A stretch of 64,000 nt of DNA from Thermoanaerobaculia bacterium (GCA_963664405.1 OY761158.1:3392001-3456000), one strand, 5' to 3'. Positions 9,016-18,678 are shown, counted from the stretch's first letter. Program-made: numbers and translations. The notes: a model not told the origin generated them from the sequence alone.

Positions 9016-9809
9016 CAACGCACCTCGTCGAAGCGAAAAACAGGGCCATCCTTGCAGCACAGAGCGAAGCGGCCGTCGACATGGGGAACCGCGCAACCCA
9101 AACAGGCGCCGTAGCCGCAACCCATCGGCGTCTCGAGCGCGGCCTCCCCTGCTACCCCATGGTCACGAGCGAGTCCGGCGAGTGCGGCCAGAAGGCCCAT
9201 CGGACCACACGCGTAAAGAAAACCATAAGCACCTTGCTCTAGCGCCTCGCCAAGGGGACCGGTCACCAGGCCCTCACGACCCTCGCTTCCATCCTCGGTG
9301 GTGACAATGCAACTCCCACCCGACGCCGTCGCCGCTTCCTCGAAATCGCTGCGGCAAGGTAGGTCGATGGACGACCGGCCGCCGTAGTAAAAATCGAAGG
9401 GAATTCGCCGATCGGCGAGCTGGCGACCCAGCAGAAGGAGTGCGGCCGAACCGACTCCTCCTGCGACCAGGGCCACCCGATCGTGAGGCTGGACCTCGAA
9501 CCCCCGGCCCAGCGGGCCCAGAACTCGCAAGATGCTCCCTGGAGAAGCTGTGGACAGAAGGTGGGTGCCGCGCCCGATGACCTTCCCGAGAAGGTCGATC
9601 TCCACTCGACTCCCCGCCACGCGTAGATCGTGCACCGAGAAGGGCCGTCGTAAATAGGGCTCGAGCCTCTCTCCGACCTCGACCATCACGAACTGGCCGG
9701 GCACAACCGGAAGGAAGTCTTCGGCGATCTCGAGGTGAAGAGTGAAATAGGGGAGAGGGTGGGGCTCGACCGAACTCACCGTCGCCCGGAGGTCGCGCAT
9801 CTGCTCCAA
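9012..9809 (-). CDS. pyrK: Dihydroorotate dehydrogenase electron transfer subunit
   Basis: LRRPFS, GPLGRGF, AGGVG, ACGP, and the 2Fe-2S motif CGYGACLGC...CKDGPVF. Confidence 0.93.
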   Translation of the reverse strand: MEQMRDLRATVSSVEPHPLPYFTLHLEIAEDFLPVVPGQFVMVEVGERLEPYLRRPFSVHDLRVAGSRVEIDLLGKVIGRGTHLLSTASPGSILRVLGPLGRGFEVQPHDRVALVAGGVGSAALLLLGRQLADRRIPFDFYYGGRSSIDLPCRSDFEEAATASGGSCIVTTEDGSEGREGLVTGPLGEALEQGAYGFLYACGPMGLLAALAGLARDHGVAGEAALETPMGCGYGACLGCAVPHVDGRFALCCKDGPVFRFDEVRW

Positions 9810-9854
9810 ACTTTAGCATGCAACATCCACGATCTCTGTCACAATCCGCTGGCG

Positions 9855-11609
9855 ATGCCCCCAGCAAAATCGCAGTCATGGCCGAGTAGGCGCCGACGGC
9901 TGCTGGAGATCCTTGCCCTCCTCGCACCCGGCGCCCTACTGGGCGTTCAATTCGCGACTCTCCTCTTCTTTCTCAACCCCAGAGCGGAATTCGGCCCCGG
10001 CCCACTGGCCGGCGCCTGCGTAGCTTTCGGAGGCTTTTTTGCAGTGGCGTGGGCGGGGCTCAGGCGCGCCTGGAGAGGGAAGCGAGGGCGCAGCAACGTC
10101 GAGATTCTCCCCTGGGCCCTGACCGTGATTCTCTTCCTGACCGCAACGGCTCAGTGGGCACACGCATCTCTGTACGCTTTCTACCTTCCACCAGGAATCA
10201 ATAGCCGACTGATCAAGGCTGCCGTAGGCGTCAGCCTCTCCTCCTTGATCTGCTTCTACACCGCCCTTCTCCACACGGTGCAGCAAAGGAGGTACGGTCG
10301 GGGCAGTCGTCTCGCCATCGGTGCCCTCGTGTGTCTTTCGATCGTCATTTCTCTAGAGCGGCGCTACGCCTACACATCCACCCCCAGCGCCGCTCCAACT
10401 ACAGCAACGCTAGCCCGGTCACCACGACCAAAGCTAGTGGTGATCGGCCTCGAAGGCGCGACCCTCGACGCGATTCTGCCACTGGCCGAAGAAGGCCAGC
10501 TTCCCTTCCTCGCGTCACTCTTGCAGCAGGGCGCCTATGGCCGCCTCTCAACGCTCTCACCGGTGAGGCGACTCCCGCTTTGGTACGCCTTGGCCACGGG
10601 AAGCTACCCCTACCGTCATGGCGTCGTTTCCGAGACCTCGCTTACGGCGGCATTTCTCCCCGATGACTCGCCGCCCCTGACGCTGGTCCCCTGGGCTTCG
10701 GGCCTGCAGCGCTGGGGGTCCCTCATCGGCATCCGCGCGTCCACTTCCTTGCCGCCTTCGAACGTCCCAGCTCTATGGGAGATTCTGGAAGGGCTTGGTG
10801 TCTCCACTACTGTTCTCGGCTGGCCGGCGCTCGAGGCCGACCTTGCACAGGCGAGCCGATCCCTCGGACCGCACTTCTCGAGATTTCCAGAAACGACTGT
10901 CACTCTTAAGGAAGAAAGCTTTCGACTGTGGGCAGAGGCCCGCCGTATCTGCCCGTCATTGGCCGCCGCCGACCCCGAGCTCTTCTCGCCGCTCGGCGAG
11001 GACTCCCCTGACGCGGTCAAGGAAGCGCTACTGGGAGATCTCTGGCGGGTCGAGGTGGCTCGTTACGTTCTCTCATCGGGCGAAGATGCTGTCTTTCTTG
11101 GCCTCCCCGGCCTCCTCGACATCTCACGTTCCTACTTCGGCGGCTACGCAGCAGTCCAGTTCGATGGAGAGAGTCAGGAACAGCAGCAACGAGCCTCGCA
11201 GATCCTCGCCGGGTACTACCGCATTCTCGACGATGAGCTGTCTCGCTTGTGGAACAGCATGCCGAGCCCTCGACTCTTGGTCATCGTGTCGCCATTCGGT
11301 GTCCGGGAGCCGAGCGGGTGGCAACGGCTGTGGTCGACGGTCTCTCCCGAGAGCGCCCTGCTCGGCCGCGTAGACGGCGCCGCCGACGGCGTTCTTCTGC
11401 TCTTGGGAGACAATCTTCGCTCGGGCACTCTTCTCGACCGATCCCAGCTAACCGACCTGGCGCCTACGCTTCTGTACGCCCTCGGCGCCCCGGTCGCCCG
11501 CGATCTAGATGGGAGTGTGCTTACCCAAGCGTTCGGAACCACGTTCCTCAACCGAATGCCGCTGAGGTTCGTTCCGTCCTATTCCTCACTGGCTCGTCCA
11601 CGGCGATAA
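9855..11609 (+). CDS. Membrane-anchored alkaline phosphatase/phosphodiesterase-superfamily protein (degenerate active site)
   Basis: About 5 TM helices, then VVIGLEGA, W..LATG...HGV and DLAPTLLYALG...DLDG. Start uncertain. Confidence 0.7.
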   Translation: MPPAKSQSWPSRRRRLLEILALLAPGALLGVQFATLLFFLNPRAEFGPGPLAGACVAFGGFFAVAWAGLRRAWRGKRGRSNVEILPWALTVILFLTATAQWAHASLYAFYLPPGINSRLIKAAVGVSLSSLICFYTALLHTVQQRRYGRGSRLAIGALVCLSIVISLERRYAYTSTPSAAPTTATLARSPRPKLVVIGLEGATLDAILPLAEEGQLPFLASLLQQGAYGRLSTLSPVRRLPLWYALATGSYPYRHGVVSETSLTAAFLPDDSPPLTLVPWASGLQRWGSLIGIRASTSLPPSNVPALWEILEGLGVSTTVLGWPALEADLAQASRSLGPHFSRFPETTVTLKEESFRLWAEARRICPSLAAADPELFSPLGEDSPDAVKEALLGDLWRVEVARYVLSSGEDAVFLGLPGLLDISRSYFGGYAAVQFDGESQEQQQRASQILAGYYRILDDELSRLWNSMPSPRLLVIVSPFGVREPSGWQRLWSTVSPESALLGRVDGAADGVLLLLGDNLRSGTLLDRSQLTDLAPTLLYALGAPVARDLDGSVLTQAFGTTFLNRMPLRFVPSYSSLARPRR

Positions 11610-11622
11610 CAGATTGTCGTGC

Positions 11623-11683
11623 CTAGGACCAGCGTTCCAAAGTTCGTGCTGCATAGCTCGAGGTCATTCTGTTCGTTGGCTAG
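11623..11683 (+). mobile_element. Truncated family-A element (left arm only)
   Basis: CTAGGACCAGCGTTCCAAAGTTCGTGCTGCATAGCTCGAGGTCATTCTGTTCGTTGGCTAG aligns with 4550-4610 and ends at the internal CTAG. Confidence 0.8.
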
Positions 11684-11848
11684 GAGCCTGCGAAGCAGGC
11701 GAGTAGTTCTCAGGCGGGGATGGGCCGGAGAACGGGCCGAAGGCGCGTTTTCCGGGGCTAGGAGCGTGTCCGAGAATTCGGACAGGCGAGTAGTTCTCAG
11801 GCGGGGATGGGCCGGAAAACGGGCCGATGGCGCGTTTTCTGGGGCTAG
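11680..11848. repeat. Tandem family-B CTAG-bounded units (11680-11761, 11758-11848)
   Basis: Shared core CAGGCGAGTAGTTCTCAGGCGGGGATGGGCCGGARAACGGGCCGAWGGCGCGTTTTCYGGGGCTAG. The last CTAG contains the parB stop codon. Confidence 0.85.
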
Positions 11849-12789
11849 GGCTCCGCGGCTGGATTGATCGGATCCGAACCCTGGTTCTCTGACGACGGAG
11901 CATCCGCCGCGGGAAGGCGCTCGACCGCTTCAGCCAAAAGGCGATCGAACAAGCGGATCAACTCTTCCTCCGAATGAAAATGGATGCGCAGACTCCCACC
12001 TCTCTTGGATCTGCGGATCTCGACTCGCGTCTGCAGCGCCCGAGTCAACTTTTCTTCGGCTGCCGTCGTGTGAACGTCATTGCGCAAGGCGCGGCCCTTA
12101 CTTGCCCGTGAGGACCCGGCTGCCCCGGCTCTCACCAACGCCTCCACGCGACGCGCGCTCAAACCCTCTTTGACCGCCCGCTCCGCAACCTCGACCTGAC
12201 TCGACGGAGAGGCCAGGGCAAGCAGGGGCCTCGCCTGCCCTGCGCTGAGTCTCCCCGCACGCAGCAGGTCTTGGACGCTCGCCGGTAGACGGAGCAGCCT
12301 CAATGTATTCGTGATCGTCGAGCGCGCCCTCCCCACCTGCTCCGAGATCTGATCCTGAGTCAGCTGGAACCGGTCCGAAAGGCTGCGGTAGGCCTCGGCT
12401 TCCTCGATCGAGTTGAGATCCGCTCTTTGAAGATTCTCCACGAGTGCAAGCTCCAGCGACGCCTGATCGCTGGCAACCTCGCGCACAATCGCGGGAACCT
12501 CGGCGAGGCCGCACTTCTGTGCCGCCCTCCAACGGCGTTCGCCTGCAATGATGGTGAAACTCCCATCCGCTCGAGCAGAAACAATCAACGGTTGAATCAC
12601 GCCCTGGGACCGAATTGAGCTTGCAAGCTCCTCCAGTCCCTCCTCATCAAAGCTGGATCGAGGTTGGAAGCGATTGGGGACAAGCCTGGTGACCGGAATC
12701 TTCTCTACCGCCGCTGCCCCTGCTCGGGTCGGAGTTGCTTCTCCGTCACCGAGAATCGCATCCAAACCTCTCCCAAGTCCTTTACGCAT
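11845..12789 (-). CDS. parB: Chromosome partitioning protein ParB
   Basis: GLGRGL, QPR, GERRWRA, ENLQRADL, helix-turn-helix. Confidence 0.96.
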   Translation of the reverse strand: MRKGLGRGLDAILGDGEATPTRAGAAAVEKIPVTRLVPNRFQPRSSFDEEGLEELASSIRSQGVIQPLIVSARADGSFTIIAGERRWRAAQKCGLAEVPAIVREVASDQASLELALVENLQRADLNSIEEAEAYRSLSDRFQLTQDQISEQVGRARSTITNTLRLLRLPASVQDLLRAGRLSAGQARPLLALASPSSQVEVAERAVKEGLSARRVEALVRAGAAGSSRASKGRALRNDVHTTAAEEKLTRALQTRVEIRRSKRGGSLRIHFHSEEELIRLFDRLLAEAVERLPAADAPSSENQGSDPINPAAEP

Positions 12790-12807
12790 AGTTATTTACC
12801 CCATTCT

Positions 12808-13548
12808 TCAAAGAAGCTCTCTGGCTAGGTTCAAGTATGCCTGGGCCCCTCGACTCTTGATGTCGTACTGCAACACCGGCACGCCGTGACTCGGCGCCTC
12901 GGCCAGTCGAACGTTTCGCGGAACGACGGTTTTGAAGACGCGATCCGGGAAATGCTGCCGAACTTCCTCAGCGACCTCCTTGGAAAGGCGTGTTCGCTCG
13001 TCGTACATGGTGAGCGCGATTCCGCGAATCTCCAGGGCTGGATTGACGCTTCCTCGAACTCTCTTGAGGGTCGAGAAGAGCTCACCCATGCCTTCGAGCG
13101 CAAAATATTCGCACTGCAGAGGAATCAGCACTCCGTCCGCTGCCGCCAGCGCACAGACGGTGAGGTGGCCAAGCGACGGAGGGCAATCGAGGAGGACGGT
13201 GTCATAACCATCAAGAGCCTGAACGAGCGTACGCAAACGCAGCTCCCAGCCTTGCTGGCCGACAAACTCGACCTCTATCCCAACCAAATGGCGATCCGAT
13301 GGAGCCACATCGAGACCGGGAAAACCGGAGGGCCGAATGACCTCGGATAGAGGGCATTGGCCCAATAGCGCCTCGTAGAGGAGTGGTGGCTCGGTATCTG
13401 CTCCAACGCCACGAGAGGCGTTGCCCTGGGGATCACAGTCAACCAGCAGCACGCGTTGCTCGAGCGCACCTAGTGCCGCACCAAGATTGACAGCGGTGGT
13501 GGTCTTCCCGACCCCCCCTTTCTGATTGACAATCGCCAAGACGCTCAA
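12808..13548 (-). CDS. parA: Chromosome partitioning ATPase ParA/Soj
   Basis: NQKGGVGKTT, DCDPQGN, DCPPSLG, EAPSHG. TTG start chosen from an upstream GGAG (the ORF extends to 13614). Confidence 0.95.
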   Translation of the reverse strand: MSVLAIVNQKGGVGKTTTAVNLGAALGALEQRVLLVDCDPQGNASRGVGADTEPPLLYEALLGQCPLSEVIRPSGFPGLDVAPSDRHLVGIEVEFVGQQGWELRLRTLVQALDGYDTVLLDCPPSLGHLTVCALAAADGVLIPLQCEYFALEGMGELFSTLKRVRGSVNPALEIRGIALTMYDERTRLSKEVAEEVRQHFPDRVFKTVVPRNVRLAEAPSHGVPVLQYDIKSRGAQAYLNLARELL

Positions 13549-13682
13549 ATGCTGTGTCTCCGCCCCGATATCGACAAGGTCATTCCGACGGGGCCCCAGT
13601 ATTGGGCCGCACACGTCGTCAAGGCCTCTTTACTCCATCCTGTCATGCTGGCGCATGTGCGTCTCGAGAGTCAACAGTCCAT

Positions 13683-14327
13683 CTATCTAGACTCCGACCG
13701 TCCGAACATCAACAGCTGTCTGTGCTTCGAGCCGGCAACCGGCACACGCTCGAGAAGGCGCAGAGATTGCGGAAGCGGAGGCGCCTCGAGGCCGGCCCAG
13801 ATCAGGACGCGCCCTTGTTCGGAGAGGCACGACTCGAGGAGGCCCCAAGTCTCGAGTGGTAGGCGAACGGCCCTCACCGTAATCAGATCCGCCAGCTCCT
13901 CCTCCATTACGGCGGGCAAAGACGGCCCGAGGCGCTCGTTGATGCACGCCACCGAGACCCCGCCCGCCCTTGCCGCAGACCTCAAGAACGCCCACTTCGC
14001 CTGTCGCGACTCGATCAGCAGCACGGACAAATCGGCGCGGGCGGCTGCAAGAACAAGACCTGGAAACCCACCGCCAGACCCAACATCCACAACTCTCGCC
14101 CCAATCGGTACCAAAGGCAGACCCTGCAAAGACTCCCCGAAATGGCGCTCCGGAGTTTCCTGCAGTGTGCCGGGCCCCACCAGTGAAAGGCGACGATTCC
14201 AACGCAGAAGCTCTTGGTAATGGGCGTAGAGCGCCGTCGCGACCCTGTCTGACAGACAAAGGTTTGCCGCTCGTCCAACTCGGACGGCGAACTCCTCGAG
14301 TGAGAGTGTCTGTTGTGGATGTTTCAC
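13683..14327 (-). CDS. rsmG: 16S rRNA m7G527 methyltransferase
   Basis: WNRRLSL, RHFGES, DVGSGGGFPG, ES..K..FL, VRAV. Conserved position upstream of parA. Confidence 0.9.
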   Translation of the reverse strand: MKHPQQTLSLEEFAVRVGRAANLCLSDRVATALYAHYQELLRWNRRLSLVGPGTLQETPERHFGESLQGLPLVPIGARVVDVGSGGGFPGLVLAAARADLSVLLIESRQAKWAFLRSAARAGGVSVACINERLGPSLPAVMEEELADLITVRAVRLPLETWGLLESCLSEQGRVLIWAGLEAPPLPQSLRLLERVPVAGSKHRQLLMFGRSESR

Positions 14328-14335
14328 GTGAAACG
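14320..14335. other. parS site 1 (overlaps rsmG start)
   Basis: TGTTTCACGTGAAACG, 15/16 match to the TGTTTCACGTGAAACA consensus. Confidence 0.9.
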
Positions 14336-14488
14336 CCGTCTCGACGTTGGCGACAAACTATCACTCGTAGACCCGACGCCAGGCCCTGGCCGACGCGAGC
14401 TCCACCCATCATCACGCTCCTATCCAGCGAAGCACCCAGTACCCGCCCCGGGGCCTAGAATTCCTCGAGCGAGGGTGTCCGTTGCGGA

Positions 14489-14504
14489 TGTTTCACGTGA
14501 AACG
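14489..14504. other. parS site 2
   Basis: TGTTTCACGTGAAACG within a ~44-bp direct repeat of the site-1 region. Confidence 0.9.
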
Positions 14505-14533
14505 CCCGACGGCCGGCCCACGCACGAAGACTC

Positions 14534-15427
14534 CTACGCGGGCAGGATCGTTACGCGCTTGTAGAATCCCTGTCCGTTGCTTTCGGTGACCACGTCGCTT
14601 TCGTTCTTCAGCGCTAGGTGAATCGTTCGGCGGTCCGCCGGATTCATTGATTGGAGCGTGTAGGCGCGGCCCTCTCTCCGAACATCCTCCGCCGCACCAA
14701 GTGCCATCTGCTCCAATCGACTCACTCGCCGTTCTCGAAAACGCTGACTGTCAACCCTGCAGGCCCCCATGGTGCCCGCGCTGCCTCGCAGCACGCGCGG
14801 CAGCAGGTGCTGGATCGCCAACAACAAACGACCCTCGCCCCGGACCAACAGCTCCTGATCAGGACCCGACAGCTCGACCTCGAGCTCTTCCTCGCCCTGA
14901 AAGACCACGACTTCGAGGTCGAGCCCCGCAATCGATGCGAGCTGACGAGTGGCTTCGGCAGCGGCCTCTGCAGCCTCTCCCTCTGCGAGTGGAAGATCAC
15001 GAGAAGGCAGAGGCAGCTCTGAGTCGGCCTCTGGCAACTCCTCACCCGCGTCACCAGGCCGACCCTGCGGGTGACCAGATCCTCCTGCCGGTGCTCTTTC
15101 GTCCAGGCTCTCCTCTGTTTTCTGGCCAGGAGGCGCTTGCGGAGTGAGGTTGAAATCCTGCTGGTTCTCAGGGGGATCAGGGGTGACGCTCTCATGGGGA
15201 GGCGTCGCAACGTTATCCCCCTCTTCGACTGCAGGGTCTCGCTCCCTCGTTGGGTGCTCGGGGTCGACTTTGATCACTACATTGCGCCTCGTGCGGAGCG
15301 GACCGCTACGTCGCTCCACCCGCTCGTACGCCACATCGTCGGGCTCGACACCGTGGTGTTCGGCCGCTGCTGTCACCGCTAGATCCAAAGAACCACCAGT
15401 GAAGAAAACACGAGTTGAACCGCTCAT
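14534..15427 (-). CDS. jag: Jag/KhpB (EloR) RNA-binding protein (Jag_N, KH, R3H)
   Basis: Jag_N-like N-terminus. R3H motif MNPADRRTIH. Follows yidC. Confidence 0.85.
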   Translation of the reverse strand: MSGSTRVFFTGGSLDLAVTAAAEHHGVEPDDVAYERVERRSGPLRTRRNVVIKVDPEHPTRERDPAVEEGDNVATPPHESVTPDPPENQQDFNLTPQAPPGQKTEESLDERAPAGGSGHPQGRPGDAGEELPEADSELPLPSRDLPLAEGEAAEAAAEATRQLASIAGLDLEVVVFQGEEELEVELSGPDQELLVRGEGRLLLAIQHLLPRVLRGSAGTMGACRVDSQRFRERRVSRLEQMALGAAEDVRREGRAYTLQSMNPADRRTIHLALKNESDVVTESNGQGFYKRVTILPA

Positions 15428-17184
15428 TTCTTCTTTCCCCGCTCCTTTTTCTTACCTACCGGTTTGACCACTGCGGCGGCATCCTCACCACCGAAGTAAC
15501 CGGCCTTCTTAAGACGTTGGTAACCGGTCTGTTGCACGATCGTCAATATGTTATTGGTGAGCCAATACAAAACCAGCCCGCTCGCGAAGCCAAACGAGAT
15601 CACAGTGAACCAGACCGGCATCGTGTTCATGATGATTCTTTGGCTTGGGTTCATACTCGCAGCCGGCATCATTCGCTGCTGCAGAAACTGAGCGCCGCCC
15701 ATGATGATGGGCAGTGCGTACCACGGATCCGGGGCGCTCAGATCCTGGATCCAGAGGGTCCAGGGAGCGTTCCACAGCTCTCCTGAATTCCTCAGCAGGG
15801 TGAAGAAAGAGAAGAAGACCGGCATCTGCAGCAGCATCGGTAGGCAGCCCCCGGCGGGATTTACGCCTTCGCTGCGGAACAGCGCCTGCATCTCTTCGTT
15901 CATCTTGCGCTGAGACTCCAGATTCGGTCGACCCTTCTTGTCTCGCTGTTTACCTCGGTGCTTCTGCTTGATCGCCTCGATCTTGGGATTCAGCTTCTGC
16001 ATCTTCTGCATCGAGACGTAACTCTTGTGGGTCAATGGAAACAGAGCCACCTTGATTACGACGGTGAGCAGAATGATCGACCAGCCGAAGTTGCCAACCA
16101 CATTGTCGTGGATCCAAAGCAACATGAAGAGCATCGGGCGGGACAACGCACCGAGGTACTTACCCCACCGGATCGTTCGATCGAGCCCGCCCTCGAGCTT
16201 CGCGAGGCGTTGGTACTTCTTCGCCCCCCAGTACCCGGCAGCCTGGAACTCTCCGCCCTGCGGAAAGAGCGCCAGCTGGAGCTCCTGCGGTAGATCTTCC
16301 TGAGTGGAGCTTATCGACTCCTCGGGAGGCCGTGGCAGGAACGAATGGGGGGCGCCCTCGCCCTGGCTGACCAAGAGAACCGGTTGGGCCAACACCTCGA
16401 CTAAGGGTGTCCGAGGTGCCAAGGTAGTCAGAAAATACGTGTCCTCCAAGGCAAACCATCCAACGCCGGCGCCGGGGATTCGCACATCGGCCCGCTGTTT
16501 TGGGGCGTCGAGCTGTTCCACTTCGTCACCTGCCGAGAAGGACGCGCTTCTCTGAAGATTCCGGCTAACGAGCTCCTTGTCCGTCGGGTTTCGAAGTCCT
16601 GGGCCGAGGAGGACTCCCCAGTCCCTCAGATTCGTTTCGATCCCGACCTCGAACATGCCGTTGTCAGAAAAGCGGAACTCTTTGGTCACCACCCCCAGAG
16701 CGCCCCGGTACTTGAAGCGGATGCCAGGGCCCTTGGTTCCCTCTCCGGCCAGCTCCTCGTGCACGAAAAGAGCCTCATTCACCGGCAGCGGATCGCCTTC
16801 CGGGTTCACCAGGGCGAAGGGGTAGGGAGCCGATTCACGCTCCCGAACCATCTCGAGCTGGCCTCCGTCTCGACCGATTACATCCTTGAGTCTAAAGGAG
16901 ATAAGCTGAGCCCCGCGATTCGAGAACACGGCCTGGGTGGTCGGCCCATCGAGGTCGACGTTGGTCGCGAGGGTCGCCTCCAAGGGCTCGAACGTCAGCT
17001 CTTCCTCCACCGCCGGGTCGACGACGACAGCATCTTGCGCCTGGGCGGGTCGAGTCGAGGGAGAGGGCAGGGCCGCGTCTGGAGCAGGCTGCGCCACCCG
17101 CTCCGGGGCCGGGAAAAGGAAGCCCCAGCCAATCAGCACCAGCAGGGAGAGAAACGCCGCGAGGATGAGCCGTTTTTGGTCCAA
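15424..17184 (-). CDS. yidC: Membrane protein insertase YidC
   Basis: N-terminal TM, periplasmic domain, GNFGWSII, NPAGGCLPMLLQMP, GLVLYWLTNN. Confidence 0.96.
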   Translation of the reverse strand: MDQKRLILAAFLSLLVLIGWGFLFPAPERVAQPAPDAALPSPSTRPAQAQDAVVVDPAVEEELTFEPLEATLATNVDLDGPTTQAVFSNRGAQLISFRLKDVIGRDGGQLEMVRERESAPYPFALVNPEGDPLPVNEALFVHEELAGEGTKGPGIRFKYRGALGVVTKEFRFSDNGMFEVGIETNLRDWGVLLGPGLRNPTDKELVSRNLQRSASFSAGDEVEQLDAPKQRADVRIPGAGVGWFALEDTYFLTTLAPRTPLVEVLAQPVLLVSQGEGAPHSFLPRPPEESISSTQEDLPQELQLALFPQGGEFQAAGYWGAKKYQRLAKLEGGLDRTIRWGKYLGALSRPMLFMLLWIHDNVVGNFGWSIILLTVVIKVALFPLTHKSYVSMQKMQKLNPKIEAIKQKHRGKQRDKKGRPNLESQRKMNEEMQALFRSEGVNPAGGCLPMLLQMPVFFSFFTLLRNSGELWNAPWTLWIQDLSAPDPWYALPIIMGGAQFLQQRMMPAASMNPSQRIIMNTMPVWFTVISFGFASGLVLYWLTNNILTIVQQTGYQRLKKAGYFGGEDAAAVVKPVGKKKERGKKK

Positions 17185-17209
17185 GGCTGAGAGTCCTCTT
17201 GGTCAACCC

Positions 17210-17416
17210 CTAAGGGAGGTCGACGCCCCCCTTGTGGAGGGGGTGACAACGAAGGAGCCTGGCACCGCTCTTGGCGAAGGCGGTCCCGAATCCGTACTTC
17301 TGAAAGGAGAGACGGGCATACTCGGAGCAAGACGGCGAGAAGCGGCAGGCGCCGGGTAGTAACGGGGAGACCCACCGTTGATACCCCTCGAGTGCCGCCA
17401 CCGCGAGTCGACTCAT
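17210..17416 (-). CDS. yidD: Membrane protein insertion efficiency factor YidD
   Basis: YQRWVSP...CRFSPSCSEY...LLRCHP...GGVD, 68 aa. Confidence 0.92.
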   Translation of the reverse strand: MSRLAVAALEGYQRWVSPLLPGACRFSPSCSEYARLSFQKYGFGTAFAKSGARLLRCHPLHKGGVDLP

Positions 17417-17802
17417 GACACCCAATCGCCTGTCAGTAGCCTGGACAACTGGTCTTCCAGGGCTCGTTTCACTTCCTCGAAGTCTCTGCGGATTGCGGGA
17501 TGCTTCAAATTCATCACGATGTCCACTGCCGGGAGCTCGTCGCGACGCCCCCAGCGCCGATAGACCTCCCGGCACCGGCGCCGTCCCAGATTTCGCAGTA
17601 CTGCGCATCCCAACTTCCGACTGGCGGTCAGGCCCAGCCGCGGAGCTCCCAAATCGTTCGATAGGACAAAAAACGTCGCAACAGGTCCACCCAAGCGCTT
17701 GCCACGGTTATAGCAACGAAGGTACTCACTCCGTTTCAGTAGACGACCTGCAGAATCAAGACTCTCAGGCCTCTTGCGCGCCACCTTCGCTTCCGCGTTC
17801 AA
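17413..17802 (-). CDS. rnpA: Ribonuclease P protein component
   Basis: [26 protein letters not shown]. Lies between rpmH and yidD. Confidence 0.88.
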   Translation of the reverse strand: MNAEAKVARKRPESLDSAGRLLKRSEYLRCYNRGKRLGGPVATFFVLSNDLGAPRLGLTASRKLGCAVLRNLGRRRCREVYRRWGRRDELPAVDIVMNLKHPAIRRDFEEVKRALEDQLSRLLTGDWVS

Positions 17803-17933
17803 ACCGCCAAGCGCGTGCGCCCCTTGCGGCGGCGATGAGAGAGTATGGCGCGACCCTGCCGCGTACGCATTCTGATACGAAATCCGTGGGTCTTCTTACG
17901 GCGACGATTGTTCGGTTGAAATGTTCTCTTCAC
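17799..17933 (-). CDS. rpmH: 50S ribosomal protein L34 (not in ORF track)
   Basis: Manual translation from GTG: [44 protein letters not shown]. Confidence 0.97.
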   Translation of the reverse strand: MKRTFQPNNRRRKKTHGFRIRMRTRQGRAILSHRRRKGRTRLAV

Positions 17934-17982
17934 AGCATCACCTTTGTCGATTCTTCAGTTTCTATACACACGGCCCAGGGGA

Positions 17983-18072
17983 TGGCGGAGAGGGTGGGAT
18001 TCGAACCCACGGATCGCGTAAACGATCAACGGTTTTCGAGACCGCCCCGTTCGACCACTCTGGCACCTCTCC
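17983..18072 (-). tRNA. tRNA-Ser(CGA)
   Basis: GGAGAGG acceptor stem, GCGGT-CT-CGA-AA-ACCGT anticodon arm, long variable arm, GGTTCGAATCC, encoded CCA. Confidence 0.96.
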
Positions 18073-18111
18073 TACTCTCAAACACAAACCTCCAGGTCCA
18101 GCCCACTCGGA

Positions 18112-18202
<91 letters not shown>

Positions 18203-18219
18203 CTATTTTCGGATCTATA

Positions 18220-18678
18220 TCAAGTATTGTGCCGCAGCGCGGCAAAAAAGCTTTTTAGCAACTGTCGACTTTCTTCTCGCATCTCTCCGCGGCAGACTTC
18301 CAGTCGATGATTCAAGCGAGCATCCTGGACCAAGTTTCCCAGCGATCCGCAGAAGCCTGCTTTGGGATCCTCTGTTGCGAAGACCAGCCGGCGTATGCGG
18401 CTCTGCACCAAGGCGCCGGCGCACATGGCACAGGGCTCGAGTGTTACAAAGAGGGTGCACTCGGATAGTCGCCAATCTCCGATTCGACGCGCGGCCTCTC
18501 GCAGCGCAAGAATCTCGGCGTGGCCGAGTGGATCTTTGTCCGTCTCCTTTCGATTGTGTGCACGGCTCAACACCTCATCGGTGCCGTGAACAACCACGGC
18601 TCCAACCGGCACCTCGCCGAGCTTTGCCGCCTTCCGCGCCTCGTGTACTGCTTCCGACATCCAGTGCTCATCGTTCAT
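18220..18678 (-). CDS. tadA: tRNA adenosine(34) deaminase
   Basis: EVPVGAV, HAE, TLEPCAMC, DPKAG, FF..LR. Confidence 0.95.
   Translation of the reverse strand: MNDEHWMSEAVHEARKAAKLGEVPVGAVVVHGTDEVLSRAHNRKETDKDPLGHAEILALREAARRIGDWRLSECTLFVTLEPCAMCAGALVQSRIRRLVFATEDPKAGFCGSLGNLVQDARLNHRLEVCRGEMREESRQLLKSFFAALRHNT

Noticed and set aside
11680-11848. CRISPR array
   Set aside because: Only two long units with no unique spacers and no cas genes. The unit recurs singly at 56491.
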